DNA of 64,000 bases from a virus (taxonomy: Duplodnaviria > Caudoviricetes). Under the pieces are notes generated by a model, which saw only the letters and a program-made list of their open reading frames with translations, was not told where the DNA came from and ran no database searches. The stretch lies in IMG/VR virus record IMGVR_UViG_3300043010_000145; one strand, 5' to 3'. Of this stretch, positions 39,205 to 48,879 are shown piece after piece; the stretch's first letter is position 1; the number at the start of each line of letters is the position of its first letter. The position numbers and the translations under genes are program-made.

Positions 39205-40089
39205 ATGACAGCTTTAAATAACAAATATGATTTTATATTGCTTTTTGATGTAACTGACGGTAACCCAAACGGAGACCCTGATGCAGACAATATGCCAAGA
39301 AGAGACTATGAAACAGGGCATGGTATTGTTACAGATGTTTGTATTAAACATAAAATCCGTAATTATGTCGAGCAAGTAAAAAAAGGCGAGGACGGTTATG
39401 ATTTATATATTAAGTCAGGTATTTCATTAAATACAAAAGATAATCAAGCTCTGGATGAATTAGGTGTTCCTAAATCTAAGACGAAATCAGGGAAAAAAGA
39501 TAAAGATACGGATAAAAAAATAAAAGAGTATATGTGCCATAAATATTTTGATATTCGTACCTTTGGTGCAGTTATGACAACATTTACACAAGGGGCATTA
39601 AATTCAGGACAAATAACAGGCCCAGTTCAACTTACTTTTGCTCGTAGTGTTGACCCTATTACTGTGAACAATTATACTTTGACTCGTTGTGTAATTACTA
39701 AGGAAGACGAAGCCGAAACTAAGAATAATACTATGGGTAAAAAACCTATGGTTTACTATGGCTTATATAAAATGTATGGACATATTAATGCAAATCTAGC
39801 AAACGATGTAACACATTTTTCCGAGGAAGACTTAGAGTTACTTTGGCAAGCAATCGAGGGTATGTTCGAATTGGACCATGCGGCTGCACGAGGAACTATT
39901 AATTTACGAGAGCTGATTATTTTCAAGCATGAATCTGTATATGGTAATTGTGCAAGCTATAAGCTGTTTGACCGTGTGCATATCACTAAAAAAGATGGTG
40001 TAGTATATCCAAGAGAATATTCTGACTATACTGTGGATATTGATACAAAAGATATGCCTGCAAATGTTACTCTGATTCGCAGAGGTTAA
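39205..40089 (+). CDS. cas7c: Type I-C Cas7/Csd2
   Basis: GNPNGDPDADNMPR, FDIRTFGAV, GPVQL, TMG.K. Confidence 0.95.
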   Translation: MTALNNKYDFILLFDVTDGNPNGDPDADNMPRRDYETGHGIVTDVCIKHKIRNYVEQVKKGEDGYDLYIKSGISLNTKDNQALDELGVPKSKTKSGKKDKDTDKKIKEYMCHKYFDIRTFGAVMTTFTQGALNSGQITGPVQLTFARSVDPITVNNYTLTRCVITKEDEAETKNNTMGKKPMVYYGLYKMYGHINANLANDVTHFSEEDLELLWQAIEGMFELDHAAARGTINLRELIIFKHESVYGNCASYKLFDRVHITKKDGVVYPREYSDYTVDIDTKDMPANVTLIRRG

Positions 40090-40123
40090 TATAATATAAA
40101 ATTTCTGATTTGAGGAAATTTTT

Positions 40124-40328
40124 AATGGTGCGAACCTTTAACACACATAAAAGTGCGGGAGGTTCGCACCTATTTTTTAGTTAAATGTTGTTAAATGTTG
40201 ACAGTATTTGGTGTTAGTTAGAATAAGCAACGAGTTTTTGTTGTTTTATGCAGAGGGTATGGTATAATAAAAATACAAAAAGAAATAGATTTAATGAAAA
40301 CTGCTATTATTTTTGTATTCTTTTTGCT
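40124..40328 (+). promoter_or_regulatory. CRISPR leader 2
   Basis: Diverged duplicate of leader 1. Confidence 0.85.
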
Positions 40329-41376
40329 GTTGCACTCCATACGGAGTGCGTGGATTGAAATACCTACACGGCTAGGCACGGGTATAGACTGGACTGTTGC
40401 ACTCCATACGGAGTGCGTGGATTGAAATTGTAGATATTGCATGCAGCCAAGTAATCCATTTAAGTTGCACTCCATACGGAGTGCGTGGATTGAAATATTT
40501 TTGTGTGTAGTACGGATACCATAGGTGTGTGAGTGTTGCACTCCATACGGAGTGCGTGGATTGAAATTACTAGCTATATGGATTTTGCTAAAAATCCGCT
40601 GGGTTGCACTCCATACGGAGTGCGTGGATTGAAATTTCAAAAATAAGCTTGGCTTGTGAATCATCATTAGGTTGCACTCCATACGGAGTGCGTGGATTGA
40701 AATAATAATTTAATCAATTTTTTAACTACAAAATAACAGTTGCACTCCATACGGAGTGCGTGGATTGAAATAGGAAAAGAAAAGCACAAGTCATTCGACT
40801 TGTGCTAGTTGCACTCCATACGGAGTGCGTGGATTGAAATCATCTTTTAAGATTCGTACTATGTCGAGTACATGTTGCACTCCATACGGAGTGCGTGGAT
40901 TGAAATCTCCGTGACCATACACAAGCCAAGACTGACTTCACGTTGCACTCCATACGGAGTGCGTGGATTGAAATAACCAAGCTACAACAGAAGCACCTGA
41001 AGGAACTGAGGTTGCACTCCATACGGAGTGCGTGGATTGAAATACTTGCAGGCAACAACCCGCCCCGCTTTATATTAGCAGGTTGCACTCCATACGGAGT
41101 GCGTGGATTGAAATTACGGTTTTACTGATACCCGTAGAAAGTGTATCATGTTGCACTCCATACGGAGTGCGTGGATTGAAATAGCCTATGTTAGCAATCT
41201 TTACCAATACACAGAGTTGCACTCCATACGAAGTGCGTGGATTGAAATCTGAAAGGAATGAGATAATTCTGCAACTAGCAGGCAAAATTGCACTCCATAC
41301 GGAGTGCGGGGATTGAAATATTACTTGTACAGGCAAAGAACTCACAGGTGATAGTTGCACTCCATACGGAGTGGAT
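40329..41376 (+). CRISPR. Type I-C array 2: 16 repeats (last truncated), 15 spacers
   Basis: Same 33-bp repeat; no spacer shared with array 1; terminator at 41385-41415. Confidence 0.98.
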
Positions 41377-41469
41377 GACACTAGAAAAGCCACCATGATT
41401 ACATGGTGGCTTTTGCTTTTTAACTAAAACACATACATTATATGATATAATCAAATAAAAGGAGGATTT

Positions 41470-42585
41470 ATGGGACTAAGCAAATTTATTTTATCACTAT
41501 CCGTGTATATCATTAAACTATTTACATTTTGGTTGCCCCAAGATAGAAATCGCATCACATGTATTACTTGCACGGGCAAAGAGCTAACAGGAGATATGGA
41601 GCAAGTGTACAACTACCTTGAAACACATACTAATTATAAGTTAAAGAAAATTTGCTACAACTACAAGCCAACCATTAAGAGCAAACTAGGTTACTTTTGG
41701 AATTGCTTGCACCAATACATTGCCCTAAAACGTAGCAAATTAGTCATTATCAACGACAACAACTACATCATCTCCCGCCACAAGCCAAAACACACACAAG
41801 TTATTCAACTTTGGCACGCCTGTGGTGCTGTGAAAAAATGTGGCAATCAAACCAAAAGAGCTTACAAAATCAAAAATTATGACATAGTTACAGCCACATC
41901 ACCAGCTTGGCGAGATGTCTACACACAAGCATTTAATGTCAATCGCTGGCAAGTACATGTAACGGGCATGCCTCGTATTGATTACTTTTTGTCTGATTAC
42001 ACCGATAAAATTGCTGCTTTTTATGATAAATACCCAATGTTGAAAGATAAAAAAATTGTATTGTATGCACCAACATTTCGTGGCACAACCACTAAGAAAG
42101 ATATACATTTAGATGTGCCAAATTATGCAGATTTACTTTCTAAGCTAAATACTGACACAAATGATTATGCTATTGTCTGCAAATATCATCCGCTTTTGCA
42201 GATTAAGACAGAGCAAACGGATACTATCATAGATTGCTCAGGCGAGGATTTATACACCTTAATGCACATTTGCGATTGCTTGATTACTGATTACAGCAGT
42301 ATTATTTTCGACTACTCCTTGTTGGGTAAACCTTGTATTTTATATGTTCCTGACTTAGACAATTACACAGACAATGTTGGTTTAAACTTAACCATAGATG
42401 AATTGCAAGATTTTGCCACAGTTATCAAAAGTGAAGAAGATTTACCCACAGCCATTCAGGGTATCGACACCACCACAGCATCTGTTAAAGCAAAAGAATT
42501 TGCAAACAAATATATGCCAAATGCAGATACCAATAACTGCAAAAGAGTTTGTGAATTAATTGAGCAGAGAATGACTTATTATTGA
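41470..42585 (+). CDS. CDP-glycerol glycerophosphotransferase family (TagB/TagF-like)
   Basis: QLWHACGAVKK, GMPRID, LYAPTFR, ITDYSSIIFDY. Confidence 0.9.
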   Translation: MGLSKFILSLSVYIIKLFTFWLPQDRNRITCITCTGKELTGDMEQVYNYLETHTNYKLKKICYNYKPTIKSKLGYFWNCLHQYIALKRSKLVIINDNNYIISRHKPKHTQVIQLWHACGAVKKCGNQTKRAYKIKNYDIVTATSPAWRDVYTQAFNVNRWQVHVTGMPRIDYFLSDYTDKIAAFYDKYPMLKDKKIVLYAPTFRGTTTKKDIHLDVPNYADLLSKLNTDTNDYAIVCKYHPLLQIKTEQTDTIIDCSGEDLYTLMHICDCLITDYSSIIFDYSLLGKPCILYVPDLDNYTDNVGLNLTIDELQDFATVIKSEEDLPTAIQGIDTTTASVKAKEFANKYMPNADTNNCKRVCELIEQRMTYY

Positions 42586-42618
42586 TACAAATAAAAATCC
42601 GAGTTTACACTCGGATTT

Positions 42619-43302
42619 TTATTTTAATGTATCTAACAGAAGTTTTTGGTTCTTCTTGTTCTTCAATAACAACTGACAAGCCATAGTATAACTAATACTA
42701 TAATTATACTCTACCCATTTCTCCCAATCGCCACCTACTGCACGGACAATTTCTTCTGCTAACTCATCAAACATTTCTCCCAAGGCGATGAAAAAGTTTG
42801 TCTGCTCATACATTTCGACAAATGTATTATTCTTCCCCAAATCATATTGCATATACCCGTCCACAACTCGCTGGGTTTCTGGGTTATACATCTCTCGTGT
42901 ATTCCCCTCACTCTTATAAATATCCATGCAAAATCTCTCATACTGTCTGCCCGTTTTCCAAGTACAGCTCATGTACACTCCGTCCAGACCTTCTTGCACA
43001 GACATTACAGCCGTTTTTCTTGCTTTTTCTTCGGTTTCAAACTCATCAGGGTATGAAGTTAATAGCAGTTGTGTTGTTTCCTTTATGGCTTCTGCCACAT
43101 CTTCCCGCTGTAAAATCTTACTAAAAACTCCGTTATCCGTAACATCGTATTCAATGTTATATAAATCATCATATAGATACTCTACATCATAGCTTTTAAG
43201 TACGGTATCGTTGTTAAAATAAGCAAGAAATAATTGGTACATCTTGTTGTACCATTCGGTAGAATCAAAATAATCTACAAATGTTTCGTAATTTTTATAC
43301 AT
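42619..43302 (-). CDS. Acidic hypothetical protein, paralog A
   Basis: Shares YLYDD.YNI, QYDL..N..F and QLLL.N.KN with its neighbour. Confidence 0.8.
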   Translation of the reverse strand: MYKNYETFVDYFDSTEWYNKMYQLFLAYFNNDTVLKSYDVEYLYDDLYNIEYDVTDNGVFSKILQREDVAEAIKETTQLLLTSYPDEFETEEKARKTAVMSVQEGLDGVYMSCTWKTGRQYERFCMDIYKSEGNTREMYNPETQRVVDGYMQYDLGKNNTFVEMYEQTNFFIALGEMFDELAEEIVRAVGGDWEKWVEYNYSISYTMACQLLLKNKKNQKLLLDTLK

Positions 43303-43304
43303 TT

Positions 43305-43988
43305 CTATTCCTCACTTTCAAAGCCAAGCAACTCTCGATTTTTCGGATTTTGCAACAATAATTGCAACAACATATCCGCCGTAATGCCATAGTCTGCATC
43401 ATACCACGCTATCCTATCTATACCTAGACTAGCCAGTATTTCTGTACTCAAATCTATGACCACATCATTTACAGCAGCAATCAAGCCACTTGTGTTGTAA
43501 ATTGCCATAAATTCCGTATTTGTACTCAAATCATACTGTACAAAAGTTTGCATAATTTTATTCGTATCTGGTGCAAACAACTCTTTGCCCGTCCTTTTTG
43601 CCAAAGCTAACACCAGCTTGTAATAAGTGTTGTCTCCTCGCCAATAACAATCGAAGCACAAATAGTCCAAGTAATCTGCTACTCTGCTCTCAACACCTTC
43701 TCTTGCAGTTTCATCATTATCCGCAAAATAAGGGTATTCTGTCCGTGCGATTTTTGTCAATTTTTGTATGTAAGCCTCTGCTTGCTCGCTTGCCATAATG
43801 CTCGCTACAACATCTTTTGCTGTAAAATTATGTGTAATGTTATAAAAATCATCATAGAGATATTGCACATTGTTTTCTGCCAACATATCATCTGTAAAGT
43901 AACCTAAATATAGGTTAAATATCTGGTTATGCACATAAGCCGAATTTATGTAATTATCTAGTAGAGGGTATCTCACCTTGTCAATCAT
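43305..43988 (-). CDS. Acidic hypothetical protein, paralog B
   Basis: GAGGAGG RBS; same length (227 aa) as its neighbour. Confidence 0.8.
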   Translation of the reverse strand: MIDKVRYPLLDNYINSAYVHNQIFNLYLGYFTDDMLAENNVQYLYDDFYNITHNFTAKDVVASIMASEQAEAYIQKLTKIARTEYPYFADNDETAREGVESRVADYLDYLCFDCYWRGDNTYYKLVLALAKRTGKELFAPDTNKIMQTFVQYDLSTNTEFMAIYNTSGLIAAVNDVVIDLSTEILASLGIDRIAWYDADYGITADMLLQLLLQNPKNRELLGFESEE

Positions 43989-44098
43989 ATGTTGCCTCCT
44001 CTTTGTTTCTTTCAGTTTTTGCCTTAGTATTTGCTTACATTATATACTATCTTTGCTATTTTTACAAATAAAAAGGTGGTCTAACCACCTTTTCCCAT

Positions 44099-44623
44099 TC
44101 AATCCACCGTATTCGTTGCATCAAACACAGGCATAATATGTTCCAACAATCGCTGTACACATCTTTGTTCTACACCAATCCGTTCATTTATGCTCACATA
44201 CGGTGTTGAACTAATTTTAAGCACATTATCCAATACACTCACATAAGCCAAATCACCATAAGCATTAGAGATTGTTGCTTCAAAATTTTCTCCGTCAAAC
44301 TCCGCTTGCACTACCAACAAATCGTGATGTAAAAACCCGTGCATATTTGCATCAATTACTACACCCCTACACTGCTGGTCATAGCACATATACTGCACCA
44401 CTGCTCTGTCTAAATCGTCAGCTTCATACGGAGTTAAATCTGCATCGGCATAATCATGCAGAGATTTGTCTAATATCTTCGTCAGCTTGCTCTTTTTGAT
44501 ATATTTTATGCCTTGTTCATCTGCTCGCTTCATTACAAACTTATGCTTTTTTCGGCTGCCACTCTTCTTTGAGGTTATGGCTAACTCTAACAAGACAATC
44601 TGTTCGTTTAATAAATAATTCAT
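44099..44623 (-). CDS. Hypothetical protein
   Basis: GGGAG RBS, operon context. Confidence 0.7.
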   Translation of the reverse strand: MNYLLNEQIVLLELAITSKKSGSRKKHKFVMKRADEQGIKYIKKSKLTKILDKSLHDYADADLTPYEADDLDRAVVQYMCYDQQCRGVVIDANMHGFLHHDLLVVQAEFDGENFEATISNAYGDLAYVSVLDNVLKISSTPYVSINERIGVEQRCVQRLLEHIMPVFDATNTVD

Positions 44624-44635
44624 CTACTCCCCGCC

Positions 44636-44866
44636 TTATCTTGCAACTTCCAAGCAACCATGTCGCCAAGCATCGTATTCTGCATCTGTCATTTCTTCTG
44701 CCAGTCTTTCTTCGTCCAAACCCCAACAGAAAATCTCATCGCATTTGCCTATTGCATTTAATTCTTGCCAAATCGGGCAATCTTCCCAATAGTCGCAGCA
44801 GGCACAATCTTCTTTTGTGTAGCCTAACCCGAGTTCTTTGAATCTTTTCTTTGGCATTTTCGCCAT
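44636..44866 (-). CDS. Small Cys-rich protein
   Basis: AAGGAGG RBS; CACC...CP...C...C. Confidence 0.7.
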   Translation of the reverse strand: MAKMPKKRFKELGLGYTKEDCACCDYWEDCPIWQELNAIGKCDEIFCWGLDEERLAEEMTDAEYDAWRHGCLEVAR

Positions 44867-44889
44867 AGTTCTTATCCTCCTTGATTCTA

Positions 44890-45456
44890 TTATTGTACTT
44901 GTTTTGCTAATGCAATCGCATTATTTACCAATCTTTGCAGTTCAGCCAGTAATCTTGGTGCAATACCGTAGATATACATTTCTGGTGCTTCCTTGTACTG
45001 CACATCATCACTTGTGATAAAAAGTTCATGTTTCCACATATATACGGTAACTACTTTACCTGTCTCGGTATTTTTAAAGTCTGCATAGCATTCAGTATTT
45101 TCTGATACCATACATTCTATGCATTCAATTTTACTCCAATCATCAAAGAAGTGCAATACACTGTTATCAATCGTAGTAAAGTGTGTAGTCATATCTGTTA
45201 GGGTATTTTCTGTACCTTGTTCCACAATATAAGTAATATCAGACGAGTATACAGTGCTTTCTTTCGTGCTGTATTCCTCTTTTTCCTCTCGAATATCGCC
45301 AAGAATAGCTTCTAAGCTCGTAAATGTTGACAGAATGGTTTCTTTACCACAATTCTCTACATAAACACCCGTGCCTTCTGCTGTGTTTTCATCGTAAACA
45401 GCAATCATTTTCCCAGAATCATTTGCAGTAATTTGTAACTTTTTAATCATAATCAT
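44890..45456 (-). CDS. Hypothetical protein
   Basis: AAGGAG RBS. Confidence 0.7.
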   Translation of the reverse strand: MIMIKKLQITANDSGKMIAVYDENTAEGTGVYVENCGKETILSTFTSLEAILGDIREEKEEYSTKESTVYSSDITYIVEQGTENTLTDMTTHFTTIDNSVLHFFDDWSKIECIECMVSENTECYADFKNTETGKVVTVYMWKHELFITSDDVQYKEAPEMYIYGIAPRLLAELQRLVNNAIALAKQVQ

Positions 45457-45777
45457 TTCTCCTTTTCAACTTTCTGACCTAATTTTAGCAAAAATATTTT
45501 TCTCTTTCAACTTGCCTCAAAAAGCTTTTTGACATATAATATAAAATGAGGAAAACTATGAAAAAAGCAAGGCAACTGCCTTGCTTTTTCTCACATACTA
45601 CCCAGCCAAAGAATACATTATAAGCTATAAGATTTACAATTTCTTCTATATTCTAAAACTATTAAAAATAACATTGTATGTTTATTAAATTTTGTTAATA
45701 TAAAATATATAAACTAATATATAATACTGAAACTAGAACAAAAAGAACAAACCCGCAAGAGCGGAAGAGGAGAGATT

Positions 45778-46806
45778 ATGTCTAAGGTAATAGCCATAGT
45801 GTTCGACTTTGACGGAACTCTCGTGGACGGCTGCATGGAAAAAGGCTTCTTTGAAGATGATGCTGCTGAGGGTGAGTTTTGGAATAATGTAAATGATGAA
45901 ATTAAACAATTTAATGGTACTGTATCAAATACTATGTATTTTATGTCTCGCTTTATAGAATTAAATACTAAATATGTACTTAATGCAACTGATACAAAAC
46001 CAAGTTCGTTTCAGCTTCAAACATGGCCAAATTCTGTGAAAGAATCGAACTTAACTAATATCCTGAATAATCGTACATTGTCAGACTTTGGCAAGGCAAT
46101 TGTCAACCCAGACTCAACAACAGAGCAAAAAGAACACACTCTGTACTATTACAAAGGTGTTGTGAAACTATTCCAAGAATTAAGCACCTTATTTAAAGAC
46201 GACATTTATAAAAAATACAAAAATCTGGGTATAACAATTGAGCTTTATATTGTCAGCACAGGCTTTGCAGAACTCGTAAGAGGCACAGAGCTGGCACAGT
46301 ATACATCTGATATTTATGGTTGTGAGTGTGTTGAGAAAAAGTATGAAACTTTTACTTTTTACTCAGACTTGCAATATGTAATGGAAAATGAATCCAAAGT
46401 ACAAGCACTTGCTTCTATAAGTAAAGGTGTAGGTGTCATTGAAGGAATGGATGTAAATGCAAAAAGTAAAGACGGTAATTATCGAATACCTTATGAAAAT
46501 ATGCTATATGTTGGGGACGGACCTAGCGATATACCAGCTTATGCCTATATGAATGATAAAGGTGGGCATACTTTGGCTGTCTACTCTGAAACAAATAAAA
46601 ATTTAGCATTAAATACGGATGATGAAACTCCATTTCAAAAGGCATATAAGTTGCATGAAAATGGCTGGGCAGATTCCTTTGCACCAGCGGATTACACAAA
46701 GGGTTCTTCTGCTTATCTGACGATTAAGCAGACAATTTTAGACATTGCCGAGCGAATAAGTCAAGAAACACAATCTAATATTGTGAAGAATAAGGTTAGC
46801 TACTAG
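45778..46806 (+). CDS. HAD-superfamily hydrolase
   Basis: FDFDGTL, IVSTG, K, YVGDGPSD. Confidence 0.85.
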   Translation: MSKVIAIVFDFDGTLVDGCMEKGFFEDDAAEGEFWNNVNDEIKQFNGTVSNTMYFMSRFIELNTKYVLNATDTKPSSFQLQTWPNSVKESNLTNILNNRTLSDFGKAIVNPDSTTEQKEHTLYYYKGVVKLFQELSTLFKDDIYKKYKNLGITIELYIVSTGFAELVRGTELAQYTSDIYGCECVEKKYETFTFYSDLQYVMENESKVQALASISKGVGVIEGMDVNAKSKDGNYRIPYENMLYVGDGPSDIPAYAYMNDKGGHTLAVYSETNKNLALNTDDETPFQKAYKLHENGWADSFAPADYTKGSSAYLTIKQTILDIAERISQETQSNIVKNKVSY

Positions 46807-47152
46807 TTAACCTTTTCTTTTGCTCTAATTATCGGGTATTTCTTGCACTTATTTATTTGCTCTTAGTTAGTTTATAGCATTCTTAATTAAAGCCAGCCTA
46901 TCTAATATTAGCTTATCTAATATTAGATTATCTGCACATCTTCGTGTGCATCATTTTTATCCACCACAGAATTTTTCTAAGGAAAAACCCTATAAAAGAT
47001 GACAACTAGGCCTAACAAGAGGAACAACTATACCAAGATTTTCCTCTCAAAAACCCTATTTCCGCACCAAAAACCCACTTTTCCAACCTGTCTGCGAGAA
47101 ACTTTTCAAACCTCTCGCAGACTTTTTACGATTTTTTCTACACCCAGCCAAT

Positions 47153-47186
47153 GGCTTGGCTTGGCTTGGCTTGGCTTGGCTTGGCT
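47153..47186. repeat. GGCTT pentamer microsatellite
   Basis: About 7 tandem copies. Confidence 0.9.
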
Positions 47187-47259
47187 ACAATACTTTACTA
47201 GCTTGCCTATTGCTATATCTGGTTAAATAAGGGAAATAGAGAGCCATATTGAAATTGAG

Positions 47260-47400
47260 CTAGAATAAGATTGAGCCATGTTTAGATTAAGCCAGAATAA
47301 GATTAAGCCAGAATAAGATTAAGCCAGAATAAGATTAAGCCAGAATAAGATTAAGCCAGAATAAGATTGAGCCAGAATAAGATTTAGCCAAAAAAGATAG
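47260..47400. repeat. 16-bp tandem repeat GATTAAGCCAGAATAA
   Basis: About 6-8 copies. Confidence 0.9.
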
Positions 47401-47502
47401 AGCAAGATAATCTGTATTTTTCTGTATTTTATTGGTTAGGACAGGCGAGCAACCTAGCATCACTTCGTTCTGCTGACCGCTCGCCTATCTTTGTAGGCAG
47501 CT

Positions 47503-47712
47503 AGCACAAGGTTTAGCAGAGCAAGGTTTAGCAGAGCAAGGTTTAGCAGAGCAAGGTTTAGCAGAGCAAGGTTTAGCAGAGCAAGGTTTAGCAGAGCAAG
47601 GTTTAGCAGCACAAGGTTTAGCAGAGTAAGGTTTAGCAGAGCAAGGTTTAGCAGAGCAAGGTTTAGCAGAGCAAGGTTTAGCAGAGCAAGGTTTAGCAGA
47701 GCAAGGTTTAGA
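47503..47712. repeat. 15-bp tandem repeat AGCAAGGTTTAGCAG
   Basis: About 14 copies. Confidence 0.95.
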
Positions 47713-47819
47713 TAAATCAACACATTTTAAATTTCAATAACTTAGATAGGCGGGATACCTCGTTTTCGTTTCACTCAAACGGACTTCCCGCCTATCGTTG
47801 TAGGTAGTTAAATTTAACC

Positions 47820-48160
47820 GTAGTTAAATCTAGCCATAGCTAAACCAAGGCAAAGTTAAATCTAGCCATAGCTAAACCAAGGCAAAGTTAAATCTAGCCA
47901 TAGCTAAACCAAGGCAAAGTTAAATCTAGCCATAGCTAAACCAAGGCAAAGTTAAATCTAGCCATAGCTAAACCAAGGCAAAGTTAAATCTAGCCATAGC
48001 TAAGCCAAGGCAAAGTTAAATCTAGCCATAGCTAAGCCAAGGCAGAATTATATACAGCCATAGCTAAACCAAGGCACAGATAAACTTAGCCGTAGCTAAA
48101 CCAAGGCAGAGCTAAATCTAGCCCTAGCTAAACCAAGGCAGATTTATATTCAGCCATATT
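47820..48160. repeat. 32-bp (2x16) tandem repeat AAAGTTAAATCTAGCCATAGCTAAACCAAGGC
   Basis: About 10 copies, degenerate at the right end. Confidence 0.95.
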
Positions 48161-48424
48161 ATATTTTTACTCACCCCTACCCCACCACCTTATCTAAAAC
48201 AAGATTGTGATAGAGCCAGCGGAAGATATAGAGCCAGAGAAAGAGCTTCAGCCAGAAGGTATAGAACGAGCAACGGTAACGGCTGACTCTATTACGGCAA
48301 GAACAATCGCCCCGATACTCGTACCATACGGGGTTTCATCTACTGCAAGATATTACTGCTGCCAGCGGTAGAGATTTATATAGTAAGAAGCAGGCGGAAG
48401 ACCTAAAGACTTTCCGCCTGCTTT

Positions 48425-48735
48425 TGTCTTAGCTCTATCTTGCCCTATCTTGCCTTGCCTTATCTTGTCTTGCCTTGCCTTGTCTTGCCTTGTCTCTTGT
48501 CTTAGCTCTATCTTGCCTTGCCTTATCTTGTCTTGTCTCTTGCCTTAGCTCTATCTTGCCCTACCTTGCCTTGCCTTGTCTCTTGTCTTATCTCTTACCT
48601 TGTCTTGCTCTATCTCTATCTTGCTCTATCTCTATCTTGCTCTGTTTTTCTTGCTCTATCTCTATCTTGCTCTGTTTCCTCTTGCTCTATCTCTATCTTG
48701 CTCTGTTTCCTCTTGCTCTATATTTGTCTTGCACC
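48425..48735. repeat. Pyrimidine-rich TCTTGC/CTATCT low-complexity repeats
   Basis: Direct inspection. Confidence 0.85.
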
Positions 48736-48879
48736 GTGATAATCAGCCTGCCCTTTCTTGTTCGGGTACTTCATAGCCCAGACACCTATCTGCTCGCCGC
48801 AATGTTTTCTTCTGTTGCTTCTTGCTTCTTGCTTCTTGTTTCTTGCTTCTTGCTTCTTGCTTGGGTATCTTCACTCAGC

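Noticed and set aside
41044-41081. Array 2 spacer 11 versus the SNF2-like gene near 29483-29520 (PPRF in frame)
   Set aside because: Only about 21/38 identity; could be a distant homolog but not distinguishable from chance
41115-41149. Array 2 spacer 12 (reverse) versus the LRR gene at 23109-23143, 15 contiguous nt
   Set aside because: 25/35 overall, no PAM, and the match is centred on the over-represented GGGTAT motif
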